64,000 nucleotides of DNA from NCBI GenBank assembly GCA_964252035.1, contig OZ176207.1. One strand, written 5' to 3'. The notes under the pieces are model-generated. The model was not told the DNA's origin. It worked only from the letters and a program-made list of their open reading frames with translations, and did not search any database. Both the position numbers and the translations under genes were made by a program. Source of the DNA: Podarcis erhardii. Lineage: Eukaryota. Below are positions 22,801-32,478 of this stretch, in pieces. Every line of letters begins with the position of its first letter. Position 1 is the first letter of the stretch.

Positions 22801-25800
22801 TGGGTTCGGGAGATAAAGGTCATTCTCACTGGCACTCAATTAGGGCTAGCACCACTAAAACATACAGATCATAATCATTTCTTCCTGTACATCTGTAATG
22901 GTGTCAGCCATACATTCCATATCCCAGTGCTCATGTGGCTGTATTAGACACAGTCATCCAAATGCATTGCAGGTAGTATAAATCTGTCCTGGCTTTTCAC
23001 CATTTCCTTATACTCCAGCATGTGTTTTGTAAGGAAGTGGTTCCTTCAGCTTTACGTTCAGTATGGGCTCACTGTAACTGCACATGAGCTCATGTCTTGC
23101 TTTGGTGTTGAGCTGCCTTTTTGGAAAATGGACAGTTAAGGAGTGATTTTCTCTCCTGATTCCTGCTGCTCCTTTCTTTAAATGTACCAATCCTTCTCAT
23201 TGTCTTTCAGACTAGATGAGGCTGCAGTATCTATTCAGAAGGAAAAGAGTCTTTATAAAGATATTGAAAACTATCCAACTTGTTACAAGGTATAAAGTCA
23301 GGTGGTCTCTTTATCTGTTTCTGAAAAGGTGCTCTCTTTTTTTTTGAATTACTCTAATTTGTAAGCTCACCTCTAATTGAACAGTGTTAGATGTATTCCT
23401 CACTAGAAATCATACACACACTAATCTCTAGTCTTAAAACAGTTGGAAATTTTAAAATTGGTTCATGTTTTTGTTTTTTGTTTTAAAGTACTTAAAAAAC
23501 AACAACCATCAAACTTGGAAGCTGATTTTTTAAAAAATATTGGCCTGCTCTATATTTTATGTAGTGTTATAATTGTAAAATCTGACATCTTTGAAAATCC
23601 CGAATATCTATGGATTGGGTGGAGTAAGTCTTATTTTACCCTGCATAACTTTTGTGCCATGCCTTGGTTATTTAATTCACTTGTGTGTGACTAGCAGAGT
23701 CTGTTGTTAGGTGCTAGCAGGGTTTCAGGTTCACCTTTCATGGGACCCTGTTTATTTTAGGCTACAAGCATCTTCCGTGTACCGATGTGATCATTGTGTT
23801 CAATGCTTGCTGATAATGTATGAGGAGTACCTTCAAAATTACATCCTTAGTTTGGTGAAGAAGAGGCAAAGTAGCCTAATGCCCAAAGTACATAATCTGT
23901 AATGATCCAAGTCCTCTTAAATAGCAAAAGGCGTATTTATTTTATGTCTTTCTATAATTGAAACAGTTATGGAGAGTTATTTAATGCTAAACTTTGCTCA
24001 GAAAATAGCAGGCCAAACATCTGTTGCCAAGAACCTGGTCATTTTTCTGAAAGACAAAAATCACCCTTAATTCTTCAAAGTACCTCTTTTTTTCTTTTCT
24101 TTTTTAAGATGCTGACATTTATATTTTTTCTATTGAATCCATTAAACTGAGAAATTAATACTGCTTTGTTTATTAGAGAGTGAATCAGTCATTTTTTTCC
24201 CCTTTTAGAAAACTATTGCTCAGGTCCTAGTTCATCTTCACAGAAATGACTATGTTGCTGCAGAAAAATGTGTCAGGGAAAGTTGTAGGTAAGTCATCTG
24301 TTTGCCTGATTTGTTTTTAATTTTTAAAAGCATAGTTGTGTTCTTCATCATCTTATACACTGTATTTCTGTTACTGGCATAAGCGCTGAATGCAGGGTTC
24401 GTTGGCACGTCCTCTTTTTGAGAAACGCTCCTTGCCTATAAAAGAGTGACAATAAATTTGTTCCTCGTCTTAATATCAAATTGTTACATCTACAAAACTC
24501 ATTTGTTGGTTTAGAAAGTAAGCTGCTCATTCATTCATTCATTCATTCATTTGGTACTCTTAGGCATTTGGGTCCCAAAGACTTTATATGATAGTACTAA
24601 CACATTGAATTTGGCTGGTAGCTGCCTGGTAGCCAGAGCAGAGCTTTCAGAACCAGGTGACACAAGATTCCATTGGGCTTGCCCCACTTACTAATCTAGC
24701 AGCTTCATTCTGCATTAGCCGGACCACTTCAAGAGCATCCCTACATAGAACCCATTACGTTAGTCTAAGTGGGGCCAAGCTATTCTGTTCCAGGAACAGC
24801 CATAGCTAGCAAACTAGCCTACACAAGGCCTAAGCACTCCTAGCCACAGGAACTACTTGACACCTAGTTCTTAGATATGGGAACCTGCCCACCTACAGCA
24901 TTTCCTTCTTATTAGAATTGAGCCTCAGTTTATTAGCCGCCATCCACGCCTTCTCGGCTTCAGTGTACCTCCATAGCATCTCTTGATTCAGATGGGAATG
25001 GAGAAATAAAGCTGTGTGCACCATACAGATGACACTATGCTCTAATTCCCAAGATCCCAGTGGTTTAATCATAATTAAAACTTGCACAGAATGATGAGAT
25101 AAAAGCAGTGTTAAAACCAGTCAATGCATGCTGGGTCTACAAATGGTACAGTTGGCACTAAGCAAATCTCCTTAGGGAGAACATCTCAGAGATAGGGTGC
25201 CACCATCTAAAAGGCTGTCGTCTTGGTCATTTCCCATCTAACTTCAGTTGGTGAGGGAAACCAGGGTAGGGCTTCTGATTAAGAATGCAGAATCTAGGCA
25301 GGGTCATATTGTAGGAAGTGGTTGTTTAGGTACTTCTCAGGCCCTGATTCTCACATCTTCCATTTTCTTGTTTGTACCTTATATGGAAATTTAGTTTCTT
25401 TGCTTTGAGTGAAGTAATTTAAATAATACTGCAATTGCTTCAGCATACCAGGCTTCAGTGAAAGTGAAGACTGTGCTGCATTGGAGCAGCTTCTAGAGGG
25501 GTATGATCAGCAAGACCAGGACCAAGTATCAGATGTTTGCAATTCACCACTCTTTAAATACATGGACAATGATGTAAGTTGGTGTCTCAGTTTATTTTCT
25601 TAAGAAGAATATATTAACTGATTATTTTGATCCACAGGGTGTTTTGTACTGACAAATAGTAAGTTGCAATGCTATGCATAAATGTGGCATTTCCTGTGAT
25701 ACACGAGTATTCAAGTCACTGCCAAAGCTAAAGTCTGAATGGGCTGTGGGTAGTATCTTGTCACCTTGGTCATACAACTTTTTTTTCAGAGGGCCTTTTC

Positions 25801-26320
25801 CTTCTAGAAAAAGATTGGCTGTAACATAGGTTTGTAAATACTGATTTCAAATTGCAGAGATGGACCTGCCTTTACATTGCTTGTGTTTTTAATGACTCAA
25901 TGTCTTATGATTTTATTATTGCAATTGTTAATGGCTTTGTAGATTAAAAATTTGAGATAAAATAGTGAGAAATAATCACGGTGCCCTGGGACACAGATGA
26001 ATGTGTCCACTGCTTTGTATTCGGTTACTTTTCCTTAGAGTAGTATTAGTGGGGTGCTGGCATTTTCTAATTAACCATTCTGTTACTTTATGAAAATACT
26101 CATATTGACTGCAGAAGAGTAAGTTAAACAGGGCATATGTGCTCAACATCTTGTTCTTGCCCTCTGCCAGTATGCCAAGCTTGGCCTCTCATTGGCTGTC
26201 CCAGGAGGAGGTGTGAAGAAGAAATCCCCAGTTACTCCACAGGGCAAAGTGGGTGAACCAGGTGAAGGAGGTTCCCGTGGAAATGAGGAAGATGATGATT
26301 ATGCAAGTGGACTGCTGTAA
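16475..26320 (+). CDS. NAPG: NAPG, gamma-soluble NSF attachment protein; complete 12-exon CDS, 314 aa
   Basis: spliced translation MAAQKINEGLEHIAKAEKYLKTGLLKWKPDYDSAA...LFKYMDNDYAKLGLSLAVPGGGVKKKSP...DDDYASGLL*; 945 nt, all introns GT-AG, phases consistent. Confidence 0.98.
17424..17491 (+). CDS. NAPG: NAPG coding exon 2 (68 nt)
   Basis: LKTGLLKWKPDYDSAATEYSKA; cag / gtatg. Confidence 0.97.
18389..18473 (+). CDS. NAPG: NAPG coding exon 3 (85 nt)
   Basis: VAFKNAKQYDQAKEAYYKEALCQENNK; donor GTATCCTTT (U12 type). Confidence 0.96.
18474..18968 (+). other. NAPG: U12-type (minor spliceosome) GT-AG intron 3 of NAPG
   Basis: 5' site GTATCCTTT; branch TCCTTGAC at 18941-18948; short branch-to-AG distance with no long pyrimidine tract. 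Confidence 0.9.
18969..18986 (+). CDS. NAPG: NAPG coding exon 4 (18-nt micro-exon)
   Basis: t ctc ttc cat gct gca aa = LFHAA, fills the gap between exons 3 and 5 in frame; ccag / gtaagt. Confidence 0.93.
19302..19820. mobile_element. Tc1/mariner-type MITE in NAPG intron 4
   Basis: perfect 26-bp TIR CCATATATACTCGAGTATAAGCCGAC at both ends; right flank TA, left flank TG. Confidence 0.88.
20184..20214 (+). CDS. NAPG: NAPG coding exon 5 (31 nt)
   Basis: AYEQVGMMLK; cag / gtatgg. Confidence 0.96.
21254..21363 (+). CDS. NAPG: NAPG coding exon 6 (110 nt)
   Basis: EMKQHHDAVEMIQRASMMYLENGTPDTAAIALDRAG; tag / gtaagt. Confidence 0.97.
21481..21547 (+). CDS. NAPG: NAPG coding exon 7 (67 nt)
   Basis: VIENINPDKAIQLYQQTAAVFE; cag / gtaagt. 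Confidence 0.97.
22103..22173 (+). CDS. NAPG: NAPG coding exon 8 (71 nt)
   Basis: NEERLRQAVEMYGKASRLLVRGR; tag / gtggg. Confidence 0.97.
22606..22736 (+). mobile_element. tRNA-derived SINE with CR1-like tail (Squam3-like), degenerate
   Basis: tagctcagttg...gtttgagtccc head and ggtcccttccaactctacaattctaagattct tail. Confidence 0.7.
23211..23289 (+). CDS. NAPG: NAPG coding exon 9 (79 nt)
   Basis: LDEAAVSIQKEKSLYKDIENYPTCYK; cag / gtataa. Confidence 0.97.
24209..24288 (+). CDS. NAPG: NAPG coding exon 10 (80 nt)
   Basis: KTIAQVLVHLHRNDYVAAEKCVRESC; tag / gtaagt. Confidence 0.97.
24527..24551. repeat. (TCAT)n microsatellite
   Basis: direct reading. Confidence 0.9.
24620..24975 (-). mobile_element. 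Old L2 LINE ORF2 fragment in NAPG intron 10
   Basis: minus-strand WMAANKLRLNSNKKEML resembles the L2/CR1 RT motif WMxxNxLKLNxxKTE. Confidence 0.7.
25444..25573 (+). CDS. NAPG: NAPG coding exon 11 (130 nt)
   Basis: IPGFSESEDCAALEQLLEGYDQQDQDQVSDVCNSPLFKYMDND; cag / gtaagt. Confidence 0.97.
26171..26320 (+). CDS. NAPG: NAPG coding exon 12 (terminal, 150 nt incl. TAA)
   Basis: YAKLGLSLAVPGGGVKKKSPVTPQGKVGEPGEGGSRGNEEDDDYASGLL*. Confidence 0.96.
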   Translation, partial: YAKLGLSLAVPGGGVKKKSPVTPQGKVGEPGEGGSRGNEEDDDYASGLL

Positions 26321-26531
26321 CTCCAGTACAACTCTACTCTTAAATGTCAACCTAGCTGTTTCTGGCAGTGAGCAATTCTGGAAGCTGCCGAATTACCATC
26401 ACTTCATTGCAATCAGTAAATTGGAAATATAACAATTTGTCTGCTTCTGGGAAACTTGTACAGAAAGCATGGTTGTACATTTCGAAGTCTTCTTGAGTTA
26501 CAGTCCTGCATTTTTTCAGTGCATCTGCTTT

Positions 26532-26537
26532 AATAAA
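26532..26537 (+). terminator. NAPG: Candidate proximal polyadenylation signal of NAPG
   Basis: AATAAA about 210 nt after the stop; AT-rich UTR-like sequence continues to about 27970, so a longer 3' UTR is possible. Confidence 0.45.
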
Positions 26538-28404
26538 GAATTTTGAGTATTACAGTCTTCCCTTCAAAAGGGGAAGTGGGTTTGGATGATGGCATTTACC
26601 TTCAGATAATTCTCTCTAGATGTTTAGTTTCAGGGCCTATTGCTTCATGCTCTGATATTCCTTGGAGTTCAGGCAAAGGAGTGTTAAGCATTTTTTTGAA
26701 CAACACTCACTAAACAGTGTGGAACACCTTAAACTATGTTGTATATCCCTTTTCCCAGATGACCCTAATATTTTCTGAAACATAATGTATATAGAAGGTT
26801 TATGGGCCAGTGTTGGGAAGGCATAATCAGTTCTTTAGAAGCATAAATAGTGAAAACTAGTTTTCTGAGTAACACAACACCTCTATAGATAAACTGGAAA
26901 AGAAAACTTGTTTTCTTTTGGATATCACATACTTTAGTTATGGAATAGTTAGTTTTGCCCATTTCTGGGCAAAAAAGGACCCCATACTCATTGGTATGCA
27001 AATGATATGCTTTTCATATTCAGAGAATATCTAACATTATGAACTTGCAGATTTTCCAGGGAGAAGTAGTATGCCACAGGAGAAAGATCTTGAAATGTGT
27101 TCAATAACATTCCTAGTAGCTTTCAGCTGTGTTGATTGAACATCATGAACACAATTCCCTGTTAATTGCATCCCTTGCCATAGGGTAATGTTTACTTTCA
27201 CAGGTAATTCAAATACTGCTGTTTTTGTCAAGTATAGACTTGCACTATTATGTATTGTGTGAGGAAAGGAACATGACTGTAAAACACTGCTTTTTTTGAG
27301 GTGTGTGTGTGGGGGGGAGAGACAGTAAATTCTTAAATCACACATTCAGACGTTTATGGAGAGATGTTTGTAACCCAGTGAGTATAACAGTTTTGAACTA
27401 GGCCCACTTCCTATTTTCACGGTACATGGAAATCTTCAGGGATATAAAACTGAATTTGTGTGCAATGGAACAATATTTTTACAAAGGATTGCAATGACAC
27501 TTTCAGAATTGAAATTTGTGAAGTTGAGTGTAACTTAAAATGCGTAATGTCTATATTTTTTGACCTGCTGACCTTTATTTTAGCTGGCAAAAATGTAATG
27601 GAAACCCTAGTATCTTTATTAAATGTTAAACAGTAATCAGCACTTTCTGATAATATGTGTTTTAGTGTTTGTTTCCCAAAGCACTGTACACACTTCCTTT
27701 GACTAAGAGAGAAAATGCAGCAAGGAGGAAGGTTTTGAGGAAGAATGCCAACTTTTCAAGAGCCAAAGCATGTGTTGGTTTGCATGAAGATGCTAAAATG
27801 TAGTCCAATACTATGAAAGTAAATAACTATAAATTATTGAATACTGCTCATTTGTACACCCGGATGTTGTGTAAACTGTGTTTTATGCAATGTGAAACCT
27901 GTACTTTAATTGTAATTCTGCCTGGCCTTTCCGTGGGATGCAGTAGAGTATAAAAATGTTGTAATTCTCTACAAGATCCAGCCTCCCTGAGACGAGGCTC
28001 TGTAATTCAGCTGTCAAAAAAAATCTTAAGACAAGAAGTTTCTGTGTGTGCTTTTATGATGATTGTGATCAGTTTCATCCATTGGGGTGCTGAAATGTTA
28101 ATGGAACTGAAAATATCAAACCTCAGTGGTTGAGGTGAAAAACTAGTGTTACTCAATGAACAGAAGTTACTTAGGCTGTTTACAGAATCTGTTAATCCTG
28201 TCACTAGAATTTCTCAAATGCTTTTACGGTATAATCTTTAAATCTTCCAAGTGAGAAGTAATTTGAATATTGGCAGTCACTAGCTAGATCAGGCATTTCT
28301 CAACTGTTTCTCTTTTAAGGAGTCTTGTAAATAATGAGAAGTTTGTTGCTTCTGTATATGGAAGGGCACATACAAACTATAAAATGAATGACCTAGAATG
28401 AACA

Positions 28405-28610
28405 AAACAAAATAAAAAAATTCCTTCCAGTAGCACCTTAAAGACCAACTAAGTTAGTTCTTGGTATGAGCTTTCGTGTGCATGCACACTTCTTCAGATA
28501 CAGGAAAGCTCATACCAAGAACTAACTTAGTTGGTCTTTAAGGTGCTACTGGAAGGAATTTTTTTATTTTGTTTTGACTATGGCAGACCAACACGGCTAC
28601 CTACCTGTAA
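28405..28610. mobile_element. Short Penelope-like element relic, copy 1 (inverted-repeat form)
   Basis: 12-bp TSD CTAGAATGAACA (28393-28404, 28611-28622); perfect 73-bp inverted repeat 28403-28475 / 28504-28576; hammerhead core inside; Penelope assignment is inference. Confidence 0.75.
28464..28501 (-). ncRNA. Minimal type I hammerhead ribozyme motif, copy 1
   Basis: GUAU-CUGAAGA-A-GUGUGCAUGCACAC-GAA-AGCU-C-AUAC: stem I 4 bp, conserved core, stem II, palindromic stem III, CUC cleavage triplet. Confidence 0.7.
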
Positions 28611-28713
28611 CTAGAATGAACACTTTGTAATAGGCTACACAAAATTGTACTGGCTCTTGGGTATGACCAATTGACTTTAAGAATGCTTTGGTGTGCGTTT
28701 GTTTATTCTAATA

Positions 28714-29066
28714 CAGTGGTGCCTCGCAAGACGAAAAGAATCCGTTCCGCGATTCTCTTCGTCTAGCGGTTTTTTCGTCTTGCGAAGCAAGCCCATTGAC
28801 AGCTTAGCGGATTAGCGCTATTAGCAGTCTAGCGGCTTTTAGCGATGAGCTGTTAAGCGGCTTATCAGCGGAACAGCTGATAAGCGGCTTAGCAGCTTAG
28901 GAAAGGGGGGGGAGCGAAAAAACCCCGCGGGAACTCGCAAGATTTTTTCGTCTTGCAAAGCAACCCCATAGAGAAATTCGTTTAGCGAAGCGCCTCCAAA
29001 ACGGAAAACCCTTTCGTCTAGCAGGTTTTCCGTCTTGCGAGGCGTTCGTCTTGCGGGGCACCACTG
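28714..29066. mobile_element. Tc1/mariner-type MITE, 353 bp
   Basis: TA|CAGTGGTGCCTCGCAAGACGAA ... TTCGTCTTGCGGGGCACCACTG|TA (22-bp TIR, 1 mismatch); subterminal cgtcttgcg repeats. Confidence 0.9.
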
Positions 29067-29659
29067 TAACTGAGTTGACCTGTGGTGCTTTCAGAAGAAA
29101 AGGTCCCATTTGGGGCTTCTGTTCGGCAGTTTATGGATTTAGATTTGCAGTATAGTATAATTATTGCCACAAGATGGTGCTGTGGTTTAGACAAAAGTGT
29201 GTTGTTTTTACTCTACCCTTCTCTGTGAATGCAGTGAACATGAAAAACTATCTTAAATCAAGATTTATACCTTGCCTTTGGATCAAAAGATCCTCAATAT
29301 CTGCTTCTAACAGATTGCAGCAATGCAGAACTACCCTTCCACCTGCAACTTACCCTATATATCTTCATAGATGTCCCACTGGGATGTTGCATTGCACTTC
29401 AATTAGCAGAAGATCAGTCTCCATTCAAACTCCAAATAAATGTGTGTATTATACAGCACCAACATCACATCAGAGAATAAAATAGCCATGCGGCTTGAAT
29501 TGCCAAAATGGTTACAAAGAATGAAATGGTTAGTTGAGACAATCCCCAGGCATAGATCAAGTGTGTTTCCTGAGTTTCAAAGTGACCTGAGGCTGAGTCA
29601 GTATTGAGATTCTTGAAGTAGCTAGGAATGAGTCCCTAGATACAAATCATAGTCCATTT

Positions 29660-29900
29660 TCATAGAATCGTCTAACTGCAGCCCTCAGCAATGCAGGAAT
29701 CTCGATTAAAGCGTCCATGACAGATGGCCATTCAACCTTCTTAAACACCTCCAAGGAAGGAGGGTCCACTACCTTCCAAGGTTCTACTGTCAAAACAGTT
29801 CTTACCATCATAAAGTTCTTCCTGATGTTTAGTCAGAATCTCCTTGTATCTTGAAGCCATTGGTTCAGATCATACCCTCTGGAGCAGGAGAAAACAAGGA
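29660..29900 (-). mobile_element. CR1 / CR1-tailed SINE 3' fragment
   Basis: catagaatc, acctccaaggaagg, aaagttcttcctgatgtttag resemble the antisense CR1 3' end. Confidence 0.6.
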
Positions 29901-32464
29901 CATTTGCAACTTGGAGGCTCTTGAAAGTGGAAGTACATGAATTGCCTGTCAACGTCTTCAAAGAAAAGCTCAGCATTGACGGTGACCTCATCAGATGTGA
30001 CATGAATAAGGTATTCAACACCTTGGCCAATGACTTGCACCTCACAGATTTGGGTATGTAGCATGAAGAAATATTGGGCACTGTGCATTACATGTTTTTT
30101 GAGAGACAAGGTTGACTTCTTTGCTCAGAGGGATGACAATTATGGGTGGCCAAAGGTAGGCACACTTTGAAATCGCCTCTAACCCCACACAGTATGAAAC
30201 ATGGAACAGAACAAACAGTTACCCATATGGATACTTTTAGTTTTTACTTTTGCTTGTGCAAACAGCTTAGGGGCAGCTTCAAACTGGGGAAATCTTGCAG
30301 GGGATCCTGGTCTTTCCTTATGGTGCCTGTTTAACCTTTCATTATTATTAAAGTGAAAGATCCCAATCACGGATCTTCCACATCACATGTATTTTAGCCA
30401 TAAATGAAGTGGCAAAGCCATGAGTGCTTAAAACGTGCATTAAGCCTTAGGAGTACGGTATGAGAAAATTCTTCAGCTTAAAACACCTACAGAGCTTCAC
30501 AGCTCATGGATATGCCAAGTGCCTTAACGGTTTACTGACTCCAGTTTTTTCCCCTCTGGCCCTGGTCCTCTCCAAGTAACTGCTTCCAAATGGAACAGCT
30601 CCGAAGAAAGAATTATGGTGACTTGCGCTCTGTGCTGGAGCTCACGACACATTTTATTAGAGGTCGAGAGAGCGGTTAACCTCCACATGCCCTTTGTGAA
30701 TTCCTCAATCCTGTGTGCAAGAGCAGCACAGCAGAACATGGTTATAAGCCTTTGATATTATAAAAGATTAAAAGAAGTCCGAAGAGCACCGGTAAGCACG
30801 TCTTACCTCGGCGCCATGTTGGCCCCTCCGTGATCAAGCCTTTGATAGTAAATATATTAAACTTCCCTGCTAGAGGGGGTTTCTCTGTGAAACCTTGGGA
30901 ATGGCCCCCTAGTCCAAATATCCTACTGTAATGTAAGTTCACGTATGATTAACTGAAATAATTGCATATTCTACCCCTGCCTCCCCACTTTGCTCCCTCT
31001 GCTTTCCCTGTTGCATCTGTTTTGAAATTGCAAATTGGGTAGGAGCCCATAAAACCTGTTCCTTGCAGAGCCCGATGTGTGTGTGTTGGATGTCAAGCCT
31101 TTACCACGAGAACACTTACCTTCCTTCATTGAAGGAATCTCATCCTGCTGATTTGAGGTTTCTAAGTGGGACATTGAACACACACGTCATCCTGTATTGG
31201 TATTACAAAGAGACTTGCACCATCACATAAAATATTAGTGGCATGTCTATGTTTGGGCAAAAGCAGATGGTGTTATAGCAAGGTATGTTCCCACCCTAAG
31301 TGATAGGGGTGTGCATTTGAATGAGCCATATATAAGCCACAATCCTGTTTTGTTTCAGCGTACATTTTGAAGTCTTCTATCCTGCTACTGCTTCTGATTT
31401 GTTTTGCTTTATTTTTACTGTATTATTTTTATCATAGTCAGCTGCCTTCAGTATAGGCCACTATAGAAAGGAGAGGTATTAAATCAGAGACTAAATGAAA
31501 ATAGATATGAAGAATTGTGATGCTCTGCTGGGGAGCAGAAGAGAAGCAGTAGTGACATGAACAATGTGTTTGTAGAGAACAGAGTGTAAGATGACTAATT
31601 GCATCCCCAAGCAATTTGTGATTGGGGATTGATGACTTCAGAATATGAAACTTGGAAACCTAAACTCTTAATATGTAGCAAGATATATGTAGCCTGGTTT
31701 GTATTTCATGGTAAGCCCAGAGGAATTCATGGCCATTTTGCCCCTCCCTTGTCTTTTTTATTGCCTCACTGCCCTGAGCTAAGCCAATCTTAGTGTGTCA
31801 TCCTAATACAGGTTCATGCTTAAGCTCTCTCCATTCCTCACTAACCTTGGCTTGGCTTGACTCTGCAGTACAAAGGGCTGGTTAGGAGTCAAGCTGCTGT
31901 GAGAAATGCTGGCTTGTCAAAGACTAAAACATGAAAGTTTGATATCTGCAGCTATTAAAAGTTCTGCAGTTTCAAACGGATAAGAAGGCCAAATTCAATG
32001 CTTTCCAGTCTTGCAATTTGTGAGGGATTGGCTCGTGAATTTATGGATAGCAGAGTCATGACCGCTTGTTAACTCTGCTCCTAGTAGTACTAGGTTGGCT
32101 CTTTGTAGGCTATTGTGGATGCGAGACAGAGAGATTAAATCTGGCCAGGGCTCATCTGGAACTTGGTTCACTGTTGCAGATAAAACCTATGCAAGAAGAC
32201 TTTTGTATCCTGAGGAAATAGATACTGGTTTGAATGATTCTTCCTCCCTTATACTTGGCCAGGTTTTTTGGTTTTATTTACTGTGTGGGCTCCAGGGATA
32301 TGGAGCAGCAGGTTGGTGGAAGATTCATTTGTGGGCCAGCTGTAGGCTGAGTGCCTGTAGGCAGCAGTGCAGCTGCAGGACTACTAATTAATTATGCTGC
32401 CTCAGTAGATTGACCTAGCTTAGCAGGTGGGAGGGATTGACATAATAGGTCAGCCAGCAAGAGG

Positions 32465-32478
32465 CCAGCAGGGGGCTG
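32465..32478 (+). promoter_or_regulatory. Candidate CTCF site in the NAPG-PIEZO2 intergenic region
   Basis: CCAGCAGGGGGCTG matches the CTCF core at 13/14 positions; motif only. Confidence 0.45.
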
